A DNA stretch of 64,000 bases from an uncultured Bacilli bacterium (GTDB taxonomy: Bacteria; Bacillota_I; Bacilli_A; RF39; UBA660). Positions within the stretch are counted from its first letter, which is position 1, and the number at the start of each line of letters is the position of its first letter. The stretch covers positions 21,668-85,667 of the forward strand of contig CALVZO010000016.1 of assembly GCA_944372545.1 (NCBI GenBank), read 5' to 3'. Made by a program: the position numbers and the translations under genes. Below are positions 12,158 to 21,916 of this stretch, in pieces. The notes under the pieces were generated by a model. The model saw only the letters and a program-made list of their open reading frames with translations. It had not been told where the DNA came from and did not search any database.

Positions 12158-12934
12158 TTATGGATTTAATGATAAACTAACTGCTGCAGCAAATTTCTTA
12201 CCTTCGGTTGAACCATCTAATGATTCATCATGAGTAGCATTAGAATCAGCGTACATTGTTGAATCTCCTTCATAATAATCTACCCATAAATATATTTGAT
12301 AACTATTTGATGTATTTGCACTAATGCTTATATTATCTTCAATAGCATAAATGTTTTTTAATGTATAATTTGAATATTTAGTAGCAAGTTCACCATCAGT
12401 ACCAGTTAAATCACTATAGGCTTGATTACTTGAACTAACCACACTTAAATTACTTAAATAATCTATACCTTTATATGTTGTACTATTTTTTACTACTTGA
12501 TATCTAATTTTATTATCTTCAATATAACTAGAAGTACTACTAGTAAGTGCCATTGTGCTTAATGATAAAGTATAATTTTTTGCATCAGTACAATTATTAG
12601 TAACCGTAACAGTTACAGGAGTTGCCCCCCCACTAGTTGCTTTACTATCAGTAATTGGGTAATCATATGTTAAGCCAATATCAGTTGTACCTTCGCTTAA
12701 ACTTAAATTGATACACTCTAGGCTAGCATTAATATCTGCTAAAGTACTATCATGTTCAACATTAAATTGGAAATAAGCATACGTGACGGCAAAAGTGCCT
12801 AATATTAAAATAACTACAAACACTATTGCATAAAGCAAGTAAACATCATTTTTTTCTTTCTTTTCTTTTTCTTCCATATCAATCACTCTATTTTTATCTA
12901 AAATAATTATAATATATTTGTTGCAAATAATCAA
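12158..12934 (-). CDS. hypothetical N-terminally anchored Ser/Thr-rich surface protein
   Basis: One TM helix after a Lys/Glu-rich N-terminus, then a Ser/Thr/Asn-rich region. Confidence 0.45.
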   Translation of the reverse strand: MIICNKYIIIILDKNRVIDMEEKEKKEKNDVYLLYAIVFVVILILGTFAVTYAYFQFNVEHDSTLADINASLECINLSLSEGTTDIGLTYDYPITDSKATSGGATPVTVTVTNNCTDAKNYTLSLSTMALTSSTSSYIEDNKIRYQVVKNSTTYKGIDYLSNLSVVSSSNQAYSDLTGTDGELATKYSNYTLKNIYAIEDNISISANTSNSYQIYLWVDYYEGDSTMYADSNATHDESLDGSTEGKKFAAAVSLSLNP

Positions 12935-12944
12935 TAATTAAAAA

Positions 12945-14219
12945 TCACTCTTTAAATTCAAAGATATAATCTTTAATTTGGACTTCATCTCCTCTTTTTG
13001 CCCCCATTTTTTCTAATTCTTCTTCTACTCCCATACCTCTTAATTTCCTTGCAAATCTAAGAACGGCTTCATCTTCATTAAATTTAGTCATATCAAATAA
13101 TTTTTCTATTTTTTCACCCTTTATTACCCAAATATTACCATCTTTTTCAATAGTATAAGGTTTTTCTTCTTTAAATTTAAATATCATATGACTTTCTAAT
13201 TCACTATCTTGATATATTTTATCACTATTAATTTTCTCTAACATATTCATAGTATATTCTAATAATTCTTCAATTCCATCATTATTCATTGCACTTATTG
13301 GAAATACTTTTTTATCTTTATATACTTTTTTAAAATTTTCTAAATTAGTAATAGATTCCTCTAAATCCATTTTATTAGCCACAATTATTTCATATTTATT
13401 TGCTAGTTTTTCACTATATTTTTCTAATTCACTTCTTATAGTTTTATAATCTTCAATTGGATTTCTTCCTTCACTACCACTCATATCTATTATATGAATT
13501 AATATTTTTGTTCGCATGGCGTGTTTTAAGAATCTATCTCCAAGACCTATACCATTAGAGGCACCTTCAATTAATCCCGGTAAATCAGCCATGACAAAAG
13601 ATTTATGATTTTTAAGTCTTACTACACCTAAATTTGGGGCTAAAGTTGTAAAATGATAAGCCGCTATTTTAGGCTTACTTGCACTTATTTGCGAAAGTAA
13701 TGTACTTTTACCAACACTAGGAAATCCCACTAATCCAACATCAGCAAGCATCTTTAATTCACAACGAATTAGTTTTATTTCCCCAGGTTCACCCTTCTCA
13801 CTAAATTTAGGGGCAGGATTATCATGAGTAGCAAAGGCTTTATTACCTCTTCCCCCTCTTCCTCCTTTAGCCACTACTACATGGCTATCTTTATTAACTA
13901 AATCGGCAATAATTAAATTAGTATCTAAATCAATAATAGTAGTACCAACTGGTACTTTGATAATAACATCTTCGGCATTTGCCCCATATTTATTAGCCCC
14001 TTTTCCATGTATACCACGATTTCCTTTAATATTTTTCATATATCTTAAATCTATTAAAGTTTTTAAACCTTCATCAACTTGAAAAATTATATCAGAGCCA
14101 CGACCACCATTTCCTCCATCAGGTCCGCCCATTGGAACAAATTTTTCTCTCCGAAAAGATGTACAACCATCTCCTCCAGAACCGGCTTCAACTTTTAAAG
14201 TAATTTCATCTACAAACAT
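12945..14219 (-). CDS. obg: GTPase Obg/CgtA
   Basis: Gly-rich N-terminal Obg fold (GGDGG..GGNGGRG). G-domain motifs GFPSVGKST and DLPG. 424 aa. Confidence 0.92.
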   Translation of the reverse strand: MFVDEITLKVEAGSGGDGCTSFRREKFVPMGGPDGGNGGRGSDIIFQVDEGLKTLIDLRYMKNIKGNRGIHGKGANKYGANAEDVIIKVPVGTTIIDLDTNLIIADLVNKDSHVVVAKGGRGGRGNKAFATHDNPAPKFSEKGEPGEIKLIRCELKMLADVGLVGFPSVGKSTLLSQISASKPKIAAYHFTTLAPNLGVVRLKNHKSFVMADLPGLIEGASNGIGLGDRFLKHAMRTKILIHIIDMSGSEGRNPIEDYKTIRSELEKYSEKLANKYEIIVANKMDLEESITNLENFKKVYKDKKVFPISAMNNDGIEELLEYTMNMLEKINSDKIYQDSELESHMIFKFKEEKPYTIEKDGNIWVIKGEKIEKLFDMTKFNEDEAVLRFARKLRGMGVEEELEKMGAKRGDEVQIKDYIFEFKE

Positions 14220-14323
14220 AATAAATCACCAATAACATTTTATCAAATTGCTAAGTTAAAGTCTATAAACTATTATATTAAAAATATCTATAATTTTTTT
14301 AATATTTATGGTATTATAGAAGT

Positions 14324-14839
14324 ATGAAAAAGATAGCGATAATTGTTGTAATAATTTTTTTAATAATTTCTAGTTTTATTATTTATAAACATTTTAATAA
14401 TGAATATATTACTAGTGAAGAAGCCCAGATAATTGCCATGGAAGATGTTTCTAATAAAGATAATGAATATACCTTTAATAGTGTAGAATTTAAAGAAACT
14501 AATGATATGTATATTTATACTCTTGAATTTAGCGATAATGTCAATTATTATACTTATAAAATTAATGCCAAAACGAAAAAGATAATATCTTCTAAAAAAG
14601 AATCACTTACTAATAATAAAACTTATATGAAGGAAGAAGATATATTAATAAATGTATTTAAAAATGCAGCATTAGACCAAAGTGAGTGTAATTTAATAAG
14701 CAATATAGTTATTTTAGAAGGTGATATTCCCGTATATAATACTGTTTTTTACTATAATAATATTCGTTATGAATATAAAACTAATGCTTTTACTGGAGCA
14801 ATAATATCAGTTACAAAATTAATGGAAAATGCAGCATAA
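14324..14839 (+). CDS. membrane-anchored protein with PepSY-like repeats (hypothetical)
   Basis: N-terminal TM helix, then two segments that look like PepSY repeats. Confidence 0.4.
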   Translation: MKKIAIIVVIIFLIISSFIIYKHFNNEYITSEEAQIIAMEDVSNKDNEYTFNSVEFKETNDMYIYTLEFSDNVNYYTYKINAKTKKIISSKKESLTNNKTYMKEEDILINVFKNAALDQSECNLISNIVILEGDIPVYNTVFYYNNIRYEYKTNAFTGAIISVTKLMENAA

Positions 14840-14843
14840 TTGG

Positions 14844-14872
14844 TTGCATTTTCTTTATGGTTAGGTTATAAT
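14844..14872 (+). promoter_or_regulatory. sigma-70-type promoter of the tRNA-Lys gene: TTGCAT, 17 nt, TATAAT
   Basis: Read directly; the tRNA 5' end lies about 12 nt downstream of the -10 box. Confidence 0.45.
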
Positions 14873-14884
14873 TCTTATTGTGAT

Positions 14885-15212
14885 GTCTCCTTAGCTCAGT
14901 TGGTAGAGCAACTGACTCTTGAATATTCGGGAGCATATTATAGTAATATAATATTGAAAATCGAGCAAAAACGGTAAACGCTGTGATGCCAATACCGTGC
15001 TAACTTATTAAATTGCGTAAGGTTAATAAGTAGTGTAACGCATAGAGGTTGAATAAATATAATACATCCACGAGTGTTCGACAACCTTTAATAGGTTGAT
15101 AATGTATGCTGAACTATACAGAATAAAATGTATAGAAGTAAATGATAAAAAGCATTTACGATAACAAGTTGTAATCAGTGGGTCTAGGGTTCGAATCCCT
15201 AAGGGGACACCA
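14885..15212 (+). tRNA. tRNA-Lys(CUU) interrupted in the anticodon loop by a 252-nt intervening sequence (exon 1 is 14885..14919, exon 2 is 15172..15212; the spliced product is 76 nt with CCA)
   Basis: Acceptor GTCTCCT pairs with AGGGGAC. D arm GCTCAGTTGGTAGAGC. Anticodon stem ACTGA/TCAGT. The spliced loop is CTCTTAA. T arm TAGGGTTCGAATCCCTA. The overall sequence is close to Bacillus-type tRNA-Lys. Confidence 0.7.
14920..15171 (+). ncRNA. putative small group I (IC3-like) self-splicing intron in the tRNA-Lys anticodon loop, inserted between positions 35 and 36
   Basis: The 5' exon CUCU pairs with intron GGAG (nt 11-14), giving a U·G pair at the splice site. The last intron nucleotide is G. 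The body is densely packed with hairpins, including ATATTATA/TATAATAT, CGGTA/TACCG, AGGTTG/CAACCT, CTATAC/GTATAG and GTAAATG/CATTTAC. There is no ORF. I could not find the canonical P7 G-site motif by eye. Confidence 0.45.
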
Positions 15213-15228
15213 ATTAGATTATAAAAAA

Positions 15229-15265
15229 ACAGGTTAGAGAATATTTTCTAACTTGTTTTTTTATT
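15229..15265. terminator. strong intrinsic terminator: 12-bp stem (ACAGGTTAGAGA / TTTCTAACTTGT) followed by T7, with an A7 run on the other side, so it can act in both directions
   Basis: It ends the tRNA-Lys transcript and the convergent 15279..15926 gene. Confidence 0.6.
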
Positions 15266-15278
15266 AATTCATTATTTA

Positions 15279-15926
15279 TTAACCATTATATTTAGAAAAA
15301 TCTACTACTTCACTTTCGTCTGGTATCTCTTCAAATTCTATTCTTTGTAATTTAGAAGAACTTTTACCTGCTCCATCTGTTATAGTATATAAAATCCAAT
15401 ATTGATCTTTATTTTGACTAGGTACTAATTCATGATAAATAATATGCGTAATTTCATAATCAACACTATCTTCAATAACTTCTAAATGTTTATAATTTAT
15501 ATCATCAATACTAACTACTTTATAAGTATCTTCATAGAATTTAATTATTGGTACTGCTATATCAGTTGGATTATTGACATCATTTACCCAAGGCTTAGTT
15601 CTGTATGAGGCAATCCAGGCTGAATCTTCATTTTTATATTCTATTTTATACCAAAAATAAGCAGAATTATCTAAATTAACCTCTAAAACTTTATAAACTT
15701 CTCCTTTTTTTACTTGTCCAAGTTCTTTAGCATTACTATTAGAGTCACTTCTGACATTAATATAATCTTCTAATATTTCAACATACCACCCTTTTTTTAC
15801 TTCTTCTACTCTTTTTTCTTCGGCATATTTTTGATAATATATATAACCTCCAACCCCACCAAATATTATTACAAGTATTAATAAACAAATCATGACATTT
15901 TTCATATAATCCACACTCCTTTTCAA
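15279..15926 (-). CDS. hypothetical N-terminally anchored protein
   Basis: 215 aa, one TM helix. No recognisable motif. Confidence 0.45.
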   Translation of the reverse strand: MKRSVDYMKNVMICLLILVIIFGGVGGYIYYQKYAEEKRVEEVKKGWYVEILEDYINVRSDSNSNAKELGQVKKGEVYKVLEVNLDNSAYFWYKIEYKNEDSAWIASYRTKPWVNDVNNPTDIAVPIIKFYEDTYKVVSIDDINYKHLEVIEDSVDYEITHIIYHELVPSQNKDQYWILYTITDGAGKSSSKLQRIEFEEIPDESEVVDFSKYNG

Positions 15927-15973
15927 TTATAACACAAAAATTTCACTTTTTTATAAAATCTCACATTTATTGC

Positions 15974-16002
15974 TTGCAATTTTACTAATTATTTTATATA
16001 AT
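15974..16002 (+). promoter_or_regulatory. sigma-70-type promoter of the tRNA-Ile/tRNA-Glu pair: TTGCAA, 17 nt, TATAAT
   Basis: Read directly; it lies 20 nt upstream of the tRNA-Ile 5' end. Confidence 0.4.
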
Positions 16003-16022
16003 TTTATAGACATGACTTAATT

Positions 16023-16098
<76 letters not shown>

Positions 16099-16108
16099 AT
16101 TTATGTTA

Positions 16109-16185
16109 TGGCCCGTTGGTGAAGTGGTTTAACACACATGCCTTTCACGCATGCATTCATGGGTTCAAATCCCGTACGGGTCACC
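16109..16185 (+). tRNA. tRNA-Glu(UUC)
   Basis: GGCCCGTTGGTGAAGTGG...CATGC-CTTTCAC-GCATG...GGGTTCAAATCCCGTACGGGTCACCA. It is near-identical in architecture to Bacillus tRNA-Glu. Confidence 0.85.
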
Positions 16186-16198
16186 AATTAAGTCTTAT

Positions 16199-16226
16199 AC
16201 AGTTCAATATGAACTGTTTTTTTATT
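16199..16226 (+). terminator. intrinsic terminator after the tRNA pair (ACAGTTCA-ATAT-GAACTGT followed by T7)
   Basis: Perfect 8-bp stem plus a T run. Confidence 0.6.
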
Positions 16227-16233
16227 TTATATT

Positions 16234-18675
16234 TTAATCTACATCATATCTTGCTAATATTTGGGCTGGTGTTTTTCTAATTGTATTAAATACTGGTAAT
16301 AAACCTACTATTAAATTAAATACTAATACAAATAATAAACTTAACACAAATGTAAAAGTATTAACCATAAATAGAGATTCCATATAATCTATTTTACATA
16401 AACTATACAATATATAAGTTATAAAGGCTATACCTAACCAACTAGCCATAATAGTTATAGCAAATATTTCTCCGGAAAACATTTTATATATATCAGTCTT
16501 TTTAACCCCAATGGCTCTATAAATACCAACTTCTTTAATTCTTGATAAAAATGATGATCTTATCATTAATAATATTTCAATTAAAGATATACCAAGTATT
16601 ACACCAGATACTACTAAAGTATTAATCATTTGTTCTTTTATACTATTTATATATTTATCTTTATCATAAGTATAAGCATCTTTAATATTGATATTTTCAC
16701 TATGTAAATAATCTATAACATTATCTTTATTATTAGTAAGCATTGTTATATTACTAGCATTTTCAATTAAATTATATTTAATCATATTAGAATTTACTAA
16801 TAAATAATTATAATTATTATCTAATGTATTTTCATAATACCCCACTACTTTTAATTTTTTACCATTTATTTTTATATCTATTTCTTTATTAATTGGGTAG
16901 TCTTCTTTATAATCATTATTAATGATAACTTCATAATCATTATTTGGGTATACCCCCGTAACTAATTTAATATCATTTTTTATTAAAGATATATCAAATA
17001 ATGTATTGGAATATGTATCACCATATTCATATGTATCAACATACTCATTAGATATACTAGATAAATAAATAACTTTTAATAACATATCTTTATTTATATA
17101 AATATTTGGCTCATTTATATCAGTTATACCTACTATTTTAAATTTAATTCCTTTTATTTTCACCTCTTGATTTAGGTAATCTTCACTATTAAAGAATCCG
17201 GCAGTATAACTATAATTTATTTTAATAGTCTTTTCTAATACACTTTTATCTATAACTATTTCATAATTATTTTGTGGCATACTTCCCATTATTAAATTAC
17301 TATTATTAATTAATGATAAAGAAGAAATAGACCCAGTAATTGTCGCTTCATAATCTTGTGTTTGTAAATATTTATCATAATTCATTGTAAAATTTACTAG
17401 ACTATCGCTTGGTAATATATAACTTATATCACTATTATTTTCATATTCTAAATATTTATCTATTTTAATATTTTTAATTTTTGCAGTTAAATATTCTTTA
17501 TTCATTGTAATAAAATCTTCATCTTTTATATCTAATGTTGCAAATATACTAGATGTAGCATAGAAAATAAACATTCCTGATAAGAAGAATCCTGCTAGTA
17601 AAATTTTCTTTAAAAATGGGTAATCAATAACTTTTTTAAATCCATAACTTATAAATGAACCTAGATGAAATATACTACTATATTTAGGAATATATTTATT
17701 ATTCATTACACTTTCGATATCGTAATCTTTACTCTTTGTTTCTTTTCTTTTAATTTCTTTATAATGATCATTAATTAGTTCAATATTGGAATTATTATCA
17801 ACTACTTCTATTTTTTCTTTAGTTTTTGTTTCTATGTAAATATTCCCATTTTTAAATACTACTTCAATATCTAAATCTTCATCTTTATCTCGATAAATAT
17901 TTATATTAATATTATCTTTTTCAATATTCGTAATATTTTTAAAATCTTTTAAATAAATTCTATTTTCTATTTTATAATCTAGTGAGCCTTCATATTTATT
18001 TTCATAATCACTTTCTACTACTCCATCTTTTAATTCAATAATCCGGTCTGCATAAAATTTTGCTAATTCAACTTCATGAGTAACAAGTATAACTAAATAT
18101 TTAGACGATATATTTTTAATAATATTCATAACTTCTAAACTATTTTTACTATCTAAGTTACCTGTCGGTTCATCGGCAATTATAATTTTGGGATTTTTAA
18201 CTAAGGCTCTTGCTATACCAACTCTTTGTCTTTCTCCCCCAGATAACATATTAACTGGTCTATTTTTATACCTTTCCATATTTACTTTTTCTAAGGTATA
18301 TAATACTCTTTTCTTAATTTCTTCTTTATCTTTAATCCCAATTATTTTTAAAGATAAAGCCACATTTTCATAAACAGTCATATTTTCAACTAATTTATAA
18401 TCTTGAAATATATAACCAATATTTAAATTTCTAATTTCATCTTTCTTACTAACTCTTCTTTTAGTAAGTCTTATATTATTTACATAAATATTACCAGAAT
18501 TAACATTATCAAGGCCACCAATAGCATTTAAAAGAGTTGTTTTACCACAGCCAGAAGGTCCAAGTAAAGCCACTAAACCTTTAGTAGGAAAATCTATACT
18601 ACACTCATTAATAACATGAATTTGATTTTTCTTAAATCGATTAAAATATTTATTAACTTTCTCTAATCTTATCAT
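16234..18675 (-). CDS. fused ABC transporter: N-terminal ATPase plus C-terminal FtsX/MacB-type permease with a large extracytoplasmic domain
   Basis: Walker A GPSGCGKTT, signature LSGGERQRV, Walker B IIIADEPT. After a long extracellular region there are 3 C-terminal TM helices of the FtsX type. The start is placed at MIRLEK, 13 nt after a GGGGAG SD. Confidence 0.8.
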   Translation of the reverse strand: MIRLEKVNKYFNRFKKNQIHVINECSIDFPTKGLVALLGPSGCGKTTLLNAIGGLDNVNSGNIYVNNIRLTKRRVSKKDEIRNLNIGYIFQDYKLVENMTVYENVALSLKIIGIKDKEEIKKRVLYTLEKVNMERYKNRPVNMLSGGERQRVGIARALVKNPKIIIADEPTGNLDSKNSLEVMNIIKNISSKYLVILVTHEVELAKFYADRIIELKDGVVESDYENKYEGSLDYKIENRIYLKDFKNITNIEKDNININIYRDKDEDLDIEVVFKNGNIYIETKTKEKIEVVDNNSNIELINDHYKEIKRKETKSKDYDIESVMNNKYIPKYSSIFHLGSFISYGFKKVIDYPFLKKILLAGFFLSGMFIFYATSSIFATLDIKDEDFITMNKEYLTAKIKNIKIDKYLEYENNSDISYILPSDSLVNFTMNYDKYLQTQDYEATITGSISSLSLINNSNLIMGSMPQNNYEIVIDKSVLEKTIKINYSYTAGFFNSEDYLNQEVKIKGIKFKIVGITDINEPNIYINKDMLLKVIYLSSISNEYVDTYEYGDTYSNTLFDISLIKNDIKLVTGVYPNNDYEVIINNDYKEDYPINKEIDIKINGKKLKVVGYYENTLDNNYNYLLVNSNMIKYNLIENASNITMLTNNKDNVIDYLHSENINIKDAYTYDKDKYINSIKEQMINTLVVSGVILGISLIEILLMIRSSFLSRIKEVGIYRAIGVKKTDIYKMFSGEIFAITIMASWLGIAFITYILYSLCKIDYMESLFMVNTFTFVLSLLFVLVFNLIVGLLPVFNTIRKTPAQILARYDVD

Positions 18676-18676
18676 C

Positions 18677-20887
18677 TTATATTTTCTCCCCATATGTTTT
18701 TATAATTGAATTCTTAAATACTTTTTTACCATAACGATTAGCAATTAATACTGATAATAATATTAATATTAAATAAACTAATATATAATCTTTAATTTCA
18801 ATATATTTAGTAATAAATCTAAAGTATTCAAAATCTAATATATTTTTATTTACTAATATAATGAATATTAAGAATAAACTATAAGTAATTGTAGCAATAG
18901 TAAATAATTCTTTCATTAATATATTAATACAAACACTTTTTGTACTACCTAAAGTTCTTAAAGTTGTATAGTAACTATTTCTTGATTTATAAATGATTTT
19001 AATAACAAAATAAGATATAAAGAATAAAGCAATAATTAAGATAATGGTTGCAACTAATTTAAGTATTTTAATAACTTGCAGAGCAGTTGCTCCATCATTT
19101 ATTTGTGCATCTTTCATAACTAATGAATTATAACCAGCATTATTTAAAACATTCACAGTACTCTCTAAATCTTTTACTTCTTTAATAAAGATACTACTTT
19201 GATAATTACTAGAGTTAAATAATTTATTATAATCACTTCTACTTATAAATATATAATTACTTGCATCTTCATAATTTATACCAAGTATTTTTTTACAATT
19301 ATCACTATTAAAAATATTAGTAATTTTGTAAGTTTCTTCCCTTTTTTCATAGATATTTTCTGAAATTATTTTAAATGTATTATTTAGACAATTATAATCT
19401 TTACAATAAATATTAAAGTTTTCACTTAAATAGATTTCTCCACTATTTATATTATCACTAACTTTTATTCCAAAATAATCCATATTATTATTTAAAGAAA
19501 AATAATTATCATTTAATATATAAGTAACTTTATTATACCTTTCATTAATACTTAATGTTAAATCATTTAGTAACTCTTCGTTTAATAAAAATTCTAATTC
19601 ATCATAATAATTTGCTTCATTATCATAAATTATACCAACTATTTTTATTTTGCCAGCATACTTTGTACCATTAAAAGCATCAACTGTAAATTTATCTTCT
19701 AATAAAGAAGATAACATATCACTTAAATACCAATTATCAGGATTTCCTTTAACTACTATTTCATTACTACTAGTAGGCATTTTTCCTACATCTACTTTAT
19801 TAACATCTTCATTTAAAATAGTACCAGATAAATATAAATTATCACTAAAAAAACCAATATTATAATCTAGTAGCAAATCATCTTCGACTAGATAATCAAC
19901 ATTTTCTAAAGAACTTATTAATTCATAATCTCTATTTGTAAATGGTTCTTTATTATTTTTAGTAACTATTATTCTTTTACTATCATTATTAGCAAAATAA
20001 TTATTATACCCTAATGTATTTGTTTCATATTCACTTTGTTTAAATCCCCCATAATTAGTAATTAAAGTAATAGAAATTAATAAGAAAATAATAAACATTA
20101 ATGTAAATTTTATTGGAATATTAAAAGTATTTCTAATACCTAATCTTAATTTATTTAATCTAGTGATATTACTAACCTTTTTTTCTTCTAAATGACTATC
20201 TAAATTAACTTCTTTTATTATTTTATCCTCTAATAATTTACCATCATGCATTCTTATTAATCTTGTTGCGTATCCTTCTATTTCACTTTTATTATGAGTT
20301 ACAATGATAACTAATTTATCTTTAGATATTTCATGGAGTAATTTAAGTATTTCTTTACTAGACTCACTATCAAGAGACCCAGTTGGTTCATCTGCTACAA
20401 TTATTGGAGTATCGTTTGCTAAAGCCCTTGCTATTGCTACTCTTTGCTTTTGTCCACCCGATAATTTAGATGCTAAAGTATGTTTATATTTATTTAATCC
20501 CACTTTAGCAATTAATTCATAAACATACTTTTTTATGTCTTTTCGTTTTTTACCGTTCATGAGCATTGTTAGTTCAATATTTTGATAAACAGTATAACTA
20601 TTTACTAAATTAAAATTTTGAAAAATATTACTAACATATTTTCTTCTATAGTTTAGATAATCTTCTTCCGTATAATGGCTTGTTTCCTCCCCATTAATAT
20701 ACATTTCGCCATCTTCGTAAGAATCAAGACCTGATAAAACATTTAAAAGGGTTGATTTACCACTTCCTGATTCACCAGTTATAACAACAAATTCTCCTAA
20801 ATGAAGTTCTAAATTCACTTTCGTAAAACCTGATGCAATAACTCCATCTTGATAATAATATTTTGATACATTTTTTAGTCTTAACAT
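18677..20887 (-). CDS. fused ABC transporter (ATPase plus FtsX-type permease), a paralog of the downstream gene
   Basis: Walker A GESGSGKST, signature LSGGQKQRV, Walker B VADEPT, and a C-terminal FtsX-like TM bundle. It sits 1 nt from the next start, which suggests translational coupling. Confidence 0.8.
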   Translation of the reverse strand: MLRLKNVSKYYYQDGVIASGFTKVNLELHLGEFVVITGESGSGKSTLLNVLSGLDSYEDGEMYINGEETSHYTEEDYLNYRRKYVSNIFQNFNLVNSYTVYQNIELTMLMNGKKRKDIKKYVYELIAKVGLNKYKHTLASKLSGGQKQRVAIARALANDTPIIVADEPTGSLDSESSKEILKLLHEISKDKLVIIVTHNKSEIEGYATRLIRMHDGKLLEDKIIKEVNLDSHLEEKKVSNITRLNKLRLGIRNTFNIPIKFTLMFIIFLLISITLITNYGGFKQSEYETNTLGYNNYFANNDSKRIIVTKNNKEPFTNRDYELISSLENVDYLVEDDLLLDYNIGFFSDNLYLSGTILNEDVNKVDVGKMPTSSNEIVVKGNPDNWYLSDMLSSLLEDKFTVDAFNGTKYAGKIKIVGIIYDNEANYYDELEFLLNEELLNDLTLSINERYNKVTYILNDNYFSLNNNMDYFGIKVSDNINSGEIYLSENFNIYCKDYNCLNNTFKIISENIYEKREETYKITNIFNSDNCKKILGINYEDASNYIFISRSDYNKLFNSSNYQSSIFIKEVKDLESTVNVLNNAGYNSLVMKDAQINDGATALQVIKILKLVATIILIIALFFISYFVIKIIYKSRNSYYTTLRTLGSTKSVCINILMKELFTIATITYSLFLIFIILVNKNILDFEYFRFITKYIEIKDYILVYLILILLSVLIANRYGKKVFKNSIIKTYGEKI

Positions 20888-21046
20888 ATTCCACCTTCTA
20901 AAACAATTATATAATACTAAGATAAAAATTACTATCTATTTTAAGTTGCTTTTATCAATTTTAAGTAGCAAAATTGCTTGCTATATATTAAAACTTATTT
21001 ACAAATTATTTGCAATAACATCGACAATACTTGTCAATAGTTTACA

Positions 21047-21916
21047 TTATAAGATATATAAGTAAATAGCAAAGAAGAAAAGAATACTAGCAATTACACA
21101 AAATATATGAAATATTGAGTGCATATACTCTTTTTTCTTACCAAAACCATACAAAATGGCTCCACATGTATAAGAAATACCTCCAAGTAAAGATAAAAGA
21201 ATACCAATAAAATTTAAATTTTGCCATAAATCTTTAAATGTAAATACAATACACCAACCAGTTATTAAATAAAGTGTCATTGATATTTTTTTAAATCTTT
21301 GTAAATCTATAGCATTTAAAATTATACCTAGTAAAGAAAGTATCCAAACTACAAAAAACATAATAATACTTAAGGGGTATGATAATTTTAATAAAACAAA
21401 AGGAGTATAAGTACCAGCGATTAATAAATAAATTGAACAATGATCTATAATTCTAAAAACTCTTTTGGCGTTATTTGGTTTAAAGGAGTGATACAAGCAA
21501 GAAGTTAAATATAGAATAATTGATGTAATTGTATAAACTAAACTAGCAAATAATTCTAATCCATTACTAGATTTTATAACACATAAAACGAGTGCCGTAA
21601 TACTTAAAAGTGAGGCAAGTCCATGGGAAATTGAATTAATTAATTCTTCTCCTAATTTATATTTTGGTAGTTCAATTTTTTTATCTAATCTTTTATAATC
21701 TTTTTTATATTCTTTAATTAATGCATATAAATCCCCTAAAGAATTGATACATATAGCATAATTTTCTTCTTCATTTTTAGTAATATCACTAACTTTTTCA
21801 CTTCTTTCTAGTAAATCAGCCATAATTTCATTTTTTAACTCAATAACTTCATCAGTTTTTTTAACTTTTTTAAAAACTTTATTTAAATATTTTTCAAATT
21901 TTTCCTTCATAAGCAT
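21047..21916 (-). CDS. DUF1700-like N-terminal domain fused to a hemolysin-III / PAQR-family 7-TM channel domain
   Basis: The N-terminal roughly 90 aa match the cytoplasmic DUF1700 pattern typical of PadR partner proteins. The C-terminal 7-TM domain has PAQR motifs (SHGLA..., DHCSIYLLIAGTYTP, terminal H..FH). The start overlaps the padR stop. Confidence 0.6.
   Translation of the reverse strand: MLMKEKFEKYLNKVFKKVKKTDEVIELKNEIMADLLERSEKVSDITKNEEENYAICINSLGDLYALIKEYKKDYKRLDKKIELPKYKLGEELINSISHGLASLLSITALVLCVIKSSNGLELFASLVYTITSIILYLTSCLYHSFKPNNAKRVFRIIDHCSIYLLIAGTYTPFVLLKLSYPLSIIMFFVVWILSLLGIILNAIDLQRFKKISMTLYLITGWCIVFTFKDLWQNLNFIGILLSLLGGISYTCGAILYGFGKKKEYMHSIFHIFCVIASILFFFAIYLYIL

Noticed and set aside
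14885-15212. Alternative reading of the split tRNA-Lys as an integration scar, meaning a tRNA disrupted by an inserted element.
   Set aside because: The insert is only 252 nt, non-coding, and sits exactly inside the anticodon loop. The flanking halves reconstitute a perfect tRNA. Integrative elements regenerate the tRNA 3' part and are kilobases long, so the intron interpretation is preferred, though still unproven.
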